Below, piece by piece: positions 51,254 to 60,831 of a DNA stretch of 64,000 bases. Below the pieces are notes generated by a model, which was given only the letters and a program-made list of their open reading frames with translations, was not told the DNA's origin and did not search any database. Where the stretch lies: assembly GCF_963921235.1 (NCBI RefSeq), contig NC_086108.1, positions 91,886,001 to 91,950,000 on the forward strand. The letters run 5' to 3'. The translations under genes and the position numbers were made by a program. Source of the stretch: Mobula hypostoma (Eukaryota). How positions within the stretch are numbered: the stretch's first letter is position 1; each line of letters starts with the position of its first letter.

Positions 51254-51983
51254 GAGACCATAAGACATAGGAGCAGAATTAGGCCATTCAGCCCATCGAG
51301 TCTGCTCTGCCATTCCATCATGGCTGGTCCCAGATCCCACTCCACCCCATACACCTGCTCTCTCGCCATATTCTTTGATGCCCTGACCGATCAGGAAACG
51401 ATCGACTCCTGCCTTAAGTATACGCAAGGATTTGGCCTCCACCACGGTCTGTGGCAGAGCATTCCACAGATTTACTACTCTCTGGCTCAAAAAACCTCCT
51501 CCTTACCTCTGTTCTAAAGGGTCACTCCTCAATTTTGAGGCTGTGCATTCTAGTTCTGGCTACCATCCTCTCCACAGGAAACATCCTCTCCACATCCACC
51601 CTATCTAGTCCTTTCAACATTCGGCAAGTCTCCTTGAGATCCCCCAGCATTAGTCTAAATTCCAGTGAATACAGGCCCAAAGCTGCCAAACGCTCTTCAT
51701 ATGTTAACCCCTTCATTCCCGGAATCATTCTTGTGGACCTCCTCCAGACTCTCTCTGATGACAACACATCCTTTCTGAGATATGGGGCCCAAAACAGTTG
51801 ACAATACTCTAAATGCAGCCTGACTAGTGTCTTATAGAGGCTCAGCATTATCTCCTTGTTTTTAAATTCTACACCCCTTGAAATTATTGCCAATGTTGCA
51901 TTTGCCTTCTTTACCACAGACTCAACCTGTAAATTAACCTTCTGGGAGCCTTGCATGAGGACTCCGAAGTCCCTCTTCACCAA
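51254..51983 (-). mobile_element. CR1 LINE 3' portion
   Basis: ORFs 51522-51983 and 51224-51490 (LYKTLVRLHLEYCQLFWAP; SQRVVNLWNALP), tail GACCATAAGACATAGGAGC. Confidence 0.9.
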
Positions 51984-53273
51984 TTGCTCATACTACCATT
52001 CACCACCTGCTCCCATAGCTTTATGTGAGCCTGATCAGAGGGCGGTGAGCTAAAAAAGTACAACACCTGGCCCAAGGGTGACCCACAGGTTAGCAGAGAG
52101 AAGGAGTGCTTTACACTTACTTTGGTAAAGACATAGCTCCACCCCACTACCTGATATGTTCTATTATAATTTTTATATCATCACCTGTATATGTACAAAT
52201 TGTTCAAGTAATTTTCTAGCAAAAGTAATTTAGCTGGCTCTGTATTTTCTAGATTATACAGGTTACATCAATGGAATGTACTTTGATCTCTAGTCTGAGG
52301 ATGAGATAACCATGACTTCTCTTTCTTCATCGTCTTTCTTTGTTCATTCTTTATTCTTGTAACACTTAATAAAACAGCTGTATACACTGTTAGAGCGATT
52401 TAGCACATTTACACTTAGCAAATGACTTCAGCCACCAGTCTTCACATTTGAATATGTATTGTGATTTTAATTTGGAGTGCAGCAGAGCCATGAAACCTAG
52501 ACCAGGCAATGCTGATTAAAATTTGTTTGGATGTCCACGGTCTGGCTGCGAATCAGGAGGTGTGAAGTTAGTGTATAGTTTTATAGAAAGCATTGTCGAT
52601 ACATTGTAAATATAGATTGACATTTGATGTTTTGCACATAAAGTATCGAGCCCCAATTTGGACAAGCCAGACCTTTTGACCAAAAGCGTCTCTGTATGAT
52701 GCCTGTTGTATCTTGTGTTGTTGAACAAAGAAGCTGCTTTGTATCCACCAGTACCTTTCCCCGGTGACTTCATTCACACAACAACAGGCACCAAGTTTCA
52801 TGCTTCATTTTTGACTTCCAAAGAACGTCTGCATCAGTATCGTCAGATTCAACACTAGTTAAACTTAATTTAGGTTACTTGGTTACTCTATGGAATGGAC
52901 TTCCAGATCAAGTGGTAGAAGCTGCTTAAGAAACAATTAGGATGATGCAGATGAGGGATAATGAAATGTTAACACATGGTTGAATATTGCTGCTTTCCTC
53001 TATTTTCTTCTTGGATTATTTTAAAGATGTGATCACAATTCTATCTCATTTACCATACGTGATCACAATTCTAACTCCTTTACCATAGCATTGGAGACAG
53101 ATAGGAACAGATAAGTTAGGGAAACGTTTAATTGGAGTAAGGGGAAATATGAGGCTGTCAGGCAGGAACTTGGAAGCATAAATTGGAAACAGATGTTCTC
53201 AGGGAAATGTATGGAAGAAATGTGGCAAATATTCAAGGGATATTTGTATGCCGTTCTGCGTAGGTAAATTCCA

Positions 53274-54710
53274 ATGAGACAGGGAAAGGAAGGTAGGGTA
53301 CAGGAACTGTGGTGTACAAATGCTGCTGTAAATCTAGTCAAGAAGAAAAAAAGAGCTTACATAAGGTTCAAAAAACTAGGTAATGCACGAGATCTAGAAG
53401 ATTATAAGGCTAGCAAGAAGGAGCTTGAGGATGAAATTAAGAGAGCCAGGAGGGTCCATGAGAAGGCCTTGATGGACAGGATTAAGGAAAACCCCAAGGC
53501 ATTCTACAAGTATGTGAAGAGTAAGAGGATAAGACGTGAGAGAATAGGACCAATCAAGTGTGACAGTGGAAAAGTGTGTATGGAACTTGAGGAGATAGCA
53601 GAGGTAATTAATGAATACTTTGCTTCAGTATTCACTATGGAAAAGGATCTTGGCAATTGTAGGGATGACTTGCAGTGGTTTGAAATGCTTGAGCATGTAG
53701 ACATTAAGGAAGACGATGTACTGGAGCTTTTAGAAAGCATCAGGTTAGATAAGTCACCGGGACAGGACGGTCTGTACCCCAGACTACTGTGGGAAGCAAG
53801 GGAGGAGATTACTGAGCCTCTGGCGATGATCTTTGCATCATCAGTGAGGACGGGAGAGGTTCTGGAGGATTGTAGGGTTGCAGATGTTGTTCCCTTATTC
53901 AAGAAAGGGAGAAGGGCTAGCCAAGGAAATTATAGACCAGTGAGTCTTACTTCAGTGGTTGGGAAGCTGATGGAGAAGATCCTGAGAGGCAGGTTTTATG
54001 AACATTTGGAGAGGCATAATATGATTAGGAATAGTCAGCATGGCTTTGTCAAAGGCAAGTCATTTCTTACGAGCCTGATTGAATTTTTTGAGGATGTTAA
54101 ACACATTGATGAAGGTAAAGCCGTAGATGTAATGTATCTGGGTTTCAGCAAGGCATTTGATATGGTACCCCATGCAAGGCTTATTGAGAAAGTAAGGAGG
54201 CATGGGATCCAAGGGGACTTTGCTTTGTGGATCCAGAACTGGCTTGCCCACAGAAGGCAAAGAGTCATTGTAGACAGATCATATTCTGCATGGAGGCCGG
54301 TGACCAGTGGTGTGCCTCAGGGATCTGTTCTGGGACCCCTACTCTTTGTGATTTTTATAAATGACCTGCATGAGGAAGTGGAGGGATGGGTTAGTAAATT
54401 TGCTGATGACACAAAGGTTGGGGGTGTTGTGGATAGTGTGGAGGGCTGTCAGAGGTTACAGCGGGGCATTGATAGGATGCAAAACTGGGCTGAGAAGTGG
54501 CAGAAGGAGTTCAACCCAGATAAGTGTGAGGTGGTTCATTTTGATAGATCACATATGATGGCAGAATATAGTATTAATGGCAAGACACCTGGCAGTGTGG
54601 AGGATCAGAGGGATCTTGGGGTCCAAGTCCACAGGACATTCAAAACAGCTGCGCAGGTTGACTCTGTGGTTAAGAAGGCATACGGTGCATTGGCCTTCAT
54701 TAATCGTGGG
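53274..54710 (+). pseudogene. CR1 ORF2 reverse transcriptase domain (open for ~480 codons, disrupted by PLE insertion)
   Basis: KSPGQDG, NYRPVSLTSVVGKLMEKI, SQHGF, FSKAFDMVPH, SGVPQGSVLGPLLF and SKFADD motifs. Confidence 0.92.
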
Positions 54711-54711
54711 A

Positions 54712-55338
54712 CACGCATAAAATTTGCTGGTGAATGCAGCAGGCCAAGCAGCATGTCTAGGTAGAGGTACAGTCAATGTTTCAGGCTGAGACCCTTCATC
54801 AGGACTGACTGAAAGAAGAGCTAGTAAGAGATTTGAAAGTGGGAGGGGGATGGGGAGATCCAAAATGATGGGAGAAGACAGGAGGGGGAGGGATGGAGCC
54901 AAGAGCTGGACAGGTGATTGGCAAAAGGGATATGAGAGGATCATGGGACGGGAGGCCTAGGGAGAAAGAAAGCGGGAAGGGGGAAGCCCAGAGGAATGGC
55001 AAGGAGTATAGTGAGAGGGACAGAGGGAGAAAAAGGAGAGAGAGAGAAATATATATATATATATCTATATATTTAATAATAATTAAATAAATAACGGATT
55101 GGGTACGATGGGGAGGTGGGGCATTAACGGAAGTTAGAGAAGTCAGTGTTCATGCCATCAGGTTGGAGGCTACCCAGATGGAGCATGAGGTGCTGTTCCT
55201 CCAACCTGAGTGTGGTTACATCTTGACAGTAGAGGAGGCCATGGATAGACATATCAGAATGGGAATGGGACGTGGAATTAAAATGTGTGGCCACTGGGAG
55301 ATCCTGCTTTCTCTGGCAGACAGAGCGTAGGTGTTCAG
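54712..55338 (-). mobile_element. Young PLE 3' part (same subfamily as 2166-2757)
   Basis: Close reverse-complement match to 2166-2757. TSD CGTGGGA at 54705-54711 and 55339-55345. Hammerhead remnant at ~54771-54806. Confidence 0.88.
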
Positions 55339-56329
55339 CGTGGGATTGAGTTTAAGAGCCAAGAGGTAACGTTGCAGCTATATAGGACCCTGGTCAGAAC
55401 CCACTTGGAGAATTGTGCTCATTTCTGGTTCCTCACTACAGGAAGGACATGGAAACCATAGAAAGGGTGCATAGGAGATTTACAAGGATATTACCTGGAT
55501 TGGGGAGCATATCTTATGAGAATAGGTTGAGTGAACTTAGAATTTTCTGCTTGGAGTGACAGAGGATGAGAGGTGACCTGATAGAGGTGTACAAGATAAT
55601 GAGAGGAGTTGATGGTGCGGATAGTCAGAGGCTTTTTCCCAGGGCTGAAATGGCTAGCACGAGAGGGCATCGTTTTAAGGTGCTTGGAAGTAGGTACAGA
55701 GGAGATGTCAGGGTTAAGTTTTTTATGCAGAGAATGATGAGTGCGTGGAATGGGCTGCTGGCGGCAGTGGTGGAAGTGGAAACGATAGGGTCTTTTAAGA
55801 GACTCCTGGATGGATATATGAGCTTAGAAAAATAGAGGGCTATGGGCAAACCTAGGTAGTTCTAAGGTAAAGATATTTGATACGGCTTTGTGGGCCAAAT
55901 GGCCTGTATTGTGCTGTAGATTTTCTATGTTTCTACATTTCTATGTTTTCACCTTAGAATTTTTTTATATATAAGATTGGGTTTGGGAGTCACTAGATTG
56001 TAAGCTACATTGAATGTTATCAATCCTAACTGAAAAATGCATCCTGAAAGAAAATAGATTTGCTGGTGGAAGTGGAGGATAGGAATTGAAATGTAAGATT
56101 GTACAGAGTAGACTATTGTGTAAGAGTCTACTCTGTAATCCATTTTAATGAGATAATTTCAGAACGGATCCAGCAGCTCTTAGTGCTCGTGACAAATAAT
56201 ATTCATGCTACACATGCATTGACCATTTCCACAAGGAGAAAGCATGAGCAGTTCATATTGACATTCAGGTACAGTGTCATCATCAACATATAATCCAATA
56301 TCAAGAAATTTGAAAAAGATGATAAAATA

Positions 56330-57030
56330 GAGGATCAGGAAGAGGGTTAATATCGCCAGCATATATTGTGAAATTTTTAACTTTGCAGCAGCAGCAATAC
56401 AATGCAATATTTATTAATAGAGAGAGAGAAAAATACTATGTATTACAGTAACTATATATATATTAAATAGTTCAATTAAATAATTAGTGCAAAAAGTTTA
56501 ATTAAAATCTGGTTGTTAGTGTTCATGGGTTCAATGTCCATTCAGAAATCAGATGGCAGAGGGGAAGAAGCTGTTCCTGAATCACTGAGTGTGTGCCTTC
56601 AGGTGTCTATATCTCCTTCCTGATGGTAGCAATGAGAAGAGGGCATGTCCTGGGTGATGGGGGATCCTTAATGTTGGATGTCACCTTTTTGGGGAACCGC
56701 TCCTTGAAGATGTCCTGGATACTACAAAGCCCAAGATGAGGTTCACTAATTTTACGATTTTGCAGCTTACTGCATCCTGTGCAGCAGCCTGCCCCCCCCC
56801 ACCCCACCCCACACCATACAGTGATGCAGCTGGTTAGAATGCTCTCTACGGGACACTGGCAGAAATTTTCAATTGTCTTTATGACATAACAAATCACCCC
56901 GAACTCCTAATGAACTATAGCCGCTGTCTTGTTCCCTTTACGGCTGCATCAATATATTGGGTCCTGGTTAGGTCCTCTTAAATATTGACACCGAGGAATT
57001 TGAAATTGTTCACTCCACTTCTGATCCAGA
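56330..57030 (-). mobile_element. Rex1/Babar 3' fragment
   Basis: VESILTSCITVWCG...SNIKDP peptide (56607-56897), colinear with 1385-2120. Confidence 0.78.
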
Positions 57031-57774
57031 AGTATTTGACTAATACCATCATCTGTTATGTTGAAGTTACAAAAGGATTAGACACACATTATATCCTCCA
57101 GCATTTTGTGTGTGTTGGTTTGTATCAACAGTTGTCTTATAAAGGATTGTCCTAAAATTGCTGCAAAGCCTATTTATTTTTGTTATTTAGAGGATTAATA
57201 AAGATAGAAATGCAAGTAAATACATTCCTCCGCAATCACTGTTGATTCAATTGGCATCACAATAAACAATGTAGATTACTCACTGAACAACCATTGAATA
57301 GATTGTTTTAAGCTTGCATCCAAGTGAATTATAACTTGTCAGGATAGAGGGACTGTGAATGCATCATTTATTCCCATGGTGTAAAATAGATTAAAGGAGG
57401 CTTCACCTACCACTTACAGCTGGTGATTGGACTTCAATCTTCCCTTTACATTGGCAATCTTCTTTATTCTGAGACATGCCAATAAAGATATAACTAATAG
57501 TTCAAACAGAACACTTATGTCTGGACAGGGAGTGCAGTGTGATGGGTTTTGAATTTTCCCTTATAGAGGCTCTACTGTAATAAAGAAAGAATGATATCAG
57601 TTATTTGGACTAAGTAGTAGTCACTAAAATGAGTGATACTAAGTGCACGTTCAGTGCAAGATTTCAAATAAATAATATTTCTAAATTAAGAAGTCAGTTA
57701 ATAAAGAACAGAAAAAAACAAGATGCCTGGTCTTTACATCTAACGTATAAGTTATATTTAACTTGAATTTTGTG

Positions 57775-58352
57775 AGGCGAGGTGAGGCCTCTGTCAATCA
57801 GGGTTGACCTTGGATGTTGTGTCCTAGGTGTCTCGGTATGCAAACCTGGGATGTATGATATGGAGAGCAAGCTGTTGCCCATGAGGCAAGCTCCCCTCTC
57901 TCCACACGTCTGAAAAACACAAAGGAACGGCAGAGACCGATACAGTTTGTCACTGGCAGCATCGTAGGAGTCGCCGGTCAGCATTGAACTCAACATAGGG
58001 ACTGCCTTAGGGACTCCAGCTCTGGATTTTTCCCTCAGGGTTTAGTCCTGAAGCCTTCCCCATGAGTGAGCATAGCCACGAGACAGCGGAGGTTTGAGAT
58101 CAGAGTATTCCTTCTCCTAGATGAGCTGCCAACCACAGCTGACGAGCCCCGTCTGCCCGAAGCGATTGGGTTTCAGAGGTCAGTAACCTGCCTTTGCCCC
58201 TTCTCTTGTCAGTAGAAATGGTTCTGTCGGGCTTATTTTCTAAGCCACATGCGAAGGCTAGGAGCTGGACTTGGCTATCAGAGGCTATTTGAGGCGCACG
58301 CCATTGGAAGCATTTAATAGGTAGTGGGAGCTTGTCCCCATTACCACCCCCT
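57775..58352. mobile_element. Unclassified GC-richer interspersed repeat (possibly RTE-derived)
   Basis: Abrupt compositional shift, and the end CCCCATTACCACCCC loosely resembles 52140-52152. There is no second full copy in the window. Confidence 0.3.
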
Positions 58353-58388
58353 GCTAGAACAATCTTAAAGAACCACTTGAATTTTAGT

Positions 58389-58601
58389 AACACACACAAA
58401 ATGGTGGAGAAACTCAGCATGTCAGACAGCATCTATGGAAAAGAGTAAACAGTCGATGTTTTGGGCCAAGACCCTTCATCAGGCCTGAAAAGTTGACTGT
58501 TTATTCTTTTCCAGTAAATGCTACCTGACCTGCTGAGTTCCTCCAGCATTTTGTGTGTGTTGCTTGGATTTCCAGCACTTTCAGATTTTCTCTTGTTTGT
58601 G
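58389..58601. mobile_element. Fold-back PLE-derived insert (two pLTR ends in inverted orientation)
   Basis: Arms ACACACACAAAATG..AAACAGTCGA and TTGACTGTTT..CATTTTGTGTGTGT. TSD ACTTGAATTTTAGT at 58375-58388 and 58602-58615. Confidence 0.82.
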
Positions 58602-58649
58602 ACTTGAATTTTAGTGTTATGTAATATTAGGAAATTCAGGTAAGGGAAT

Positions 58650-59570
58650 AGTCATGTCCTGAAGCATACTGATATTATGGAAGAGGAGGTGTTGCCAGTT
58701 TTGAGGTACATAAAGATGGATAAATTCCTAGGGTCTGAATAAGTGTATCTAGGAGGTTGTCTAAAGCAAGGGAAGAAATTGCTGTGGCCCTGGCAGAGAT
58801 TTGCATGTCTTCCTAAGATTTTTTGTGTCTTCCTTAGGTACTGGAAGACTGGAGGGTGGCTAATATTGTGCCTTTATTTAAGAAGGCTGCAAGGATAAGC
58901 CAGGGAACTACAGGCTGGTGATCCCAAAATAATCGGTGGGAAGCTTACTGGATCTAATTCCAAGACATGGGAAAGGCAAGGATGGATTGGGGATAGTCAG
59001 CAAGGCTTTGTGCATGGGGAATCATGTCTCAGAAATTTAAAAAAGTGTTTTTGAAGGGACGACCAAGATAATCAACAAAGGCAGGTTGGTAGATGTTGCC
59101 TTCATGGGCTTTAGCAAGGTCTTTCACAAAGACCCCCATGACAGACTAGTCTGGAAGCAAGATCACATTAGTCCAGGTGTTGCAGCCAAGTGGATGCAGA
59201 ATTGTCTTGGCAGAAGATGTCAGAGAGTGGAAGTGGACAGTTGTTTTACAATTGGAGGTCTGTGACTAGTGGTGTGCCACAAGGATCAATGCTGGATCCC
59301 CTGTTGCTTGTCATAGACACTTAGATTTGGATGAGGGTGTGGGTGACATGATTAGTAAGATTACAGAGAAAACCAAAATTGGTGGTGTAGTGGACAATGA
59401 GAAAAGTTGTCTGAGGTTGCAACAGGGCCTAGACAAACACATGAATAGGCAGGAAATGGAGGGGTATACGTGTAAGTAGATGTGCAGATTAACTTGGGGT
59501 CATGATTGGCACAAACATTGTAGGTGAAAGGGCCAGTTCCCATGCCATACTGTTCTATGCTCTATTTCTA
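58650..59570 (+). mobile_element. Old CR1 RT fragment with internal deletion
   Basis: Degenerate GAAGACTGGAGGGTGGCTAAT, GATAGTCAGCA.GGCTTTGTG and GTGACTAGTGGTGTGCCACAAGGATC, colinear with 53700-54450. Confidence 0.75.
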
Positions 59571-60234
59571 CAACCACTGCAAAGAATGGAGTACACTTCG
59601 GATCTTGGCAGATTCATCTGGTGTCACTAACAATTGGAAAATGATGCTATGCTAGAATTTGTGTTGGAATTAATTGCTTTTATTAACGAAAATCATCGAA
59701 AATAAGACAGCTTCACGTAGTCAGCTGCAAGAGAAATATCACCAAAAATGATAAATTTTCATCCCCCAATGAACCATGCTCTTTCGAAGGAGTTAGAAAC
59801 TCCTAAATTGAAGGGATGCACATTCAGTGGCCACTTTATTAGGTATACATGCTTACTAATACAAATATCTAATTGTCCAATCATATGCCAGCAGTTCAAT
59901 ACATAAAAGCATGCAGACACCACCAAGAGGTTCAGTTGTTGTTCAGACCAAACATCAGAATAGGAGAAGAAATGTGATCTAAATGACTTTGACTGTGGAA
60001 TATTTGCTGGTGTCAGGCCCAATGGTTTGACTGTCTCAGAAACTGCTAATCTCCTTGGATTTTCATGCACAACAGTTTCTAGAGTTTACAGAGAATAGCG
60101 CAAGAACACAAAAGGAAAAACCACCCAGTGAGCAGCAGTCACGAGGAAATCTGCAGATGCTGGAATTTCAAGCAACACACATCAAAGTTGCTGGTGAACG
60201 CAGCAGGCCAGGCAGCATCTCTAGGAAGAGGTAC

Positions 60235-60270
60235 AGTCGACGTTTCAGGCCGAGACCCTTCATCAGGACT
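60235..60270 (-). ncRNA. Minimal type I hammerhead ribozyme, best-preserved copy
   Basis: The minus strand reads AGTC CTGATGA AGGGTCTCGGCCT GAAAC GTC GACT, with perfect stem I (AGUC/GACU), intact core, palindromic ACGU stem III and GUC triplet. Confidence 0.82.
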
Positions 60271-60795
60271 AACTGAAAGAAGAGCTAGTAAGAGATTTGA
60301 AAGTGGGAGAGGGAGGGGGAGATCCAAAATGATAGGAGAAGACAGGAGGAGGAGGGATGGAGCTAAGAGCTGGAAAGTTGATTGGCAAAAGGGATACAAG
60401 AGGATCATGGGATGGGTGGCCTAGAGAGAAAGAAAGGGGGAGGGGTGAAGCCCAGAGGATGGGCATCTGCAGATTTCCTCGTGTTTGCGTTTTAAAATTC
60501 ACTACTGCGAAGTCTCTTCCCGTGATGCCTACACTGAAGAAGTTTAAATCTTCTCTTCAACAGGAGTTTCTCCCTCTGTCCCTCTCACTATACTCCTTGC
60601 CCATCCTCTGGGTTTTTCCCCCCCTCCCCCTTTCTTTCTCCCTAGGCCTCCTGTCCCATGATCCTCTCGTATCCCTTTTGCCAATCACCTGTCCAGCTCT
60701 TAGCTCCATCCCTCCCCCTCCTGTCTTCTCCTATCATTTTGGATCTCCCCCAACCCCTCCCACTTTCAAATCTCTTACTAGCTCTTCTTTCAGTT

Positions 60796-60831
60796 AGTCC
60801 TGATGAAGGGTCTTGGCCCGAAACGTCAACT
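60796..60831 (+). ncRNA. Minimal type I hammerhead ribozyme motif
   Basis: AGTC CTGATGA AGGGTCTTGGCCC GAAAC GTC AACT, with an intact core and one stem I mismatch. Confidence 0.75.

Larger units (their letters stand above)
53059..55948 (+). mobile_element. 5'-truncated CR1 LINE, interrupted by a PLE at 54712-55338
   Basis: Long ORF2 piece followed by the C-terminus (55566-55835 RGDLIEVYKIMRG) and a (TTTCTATG)n-like tail at 55920-55948. Confidence 0.92.

Noticed and set aside
53274..54764. 496-aa ORF as a host gene or domesticated RT
   Set aside because: It is a standard CR1 ORF2 piece, 5'-truncated, preceded by a stop and interrupted by a PLE. The last residues derive from the PLE.
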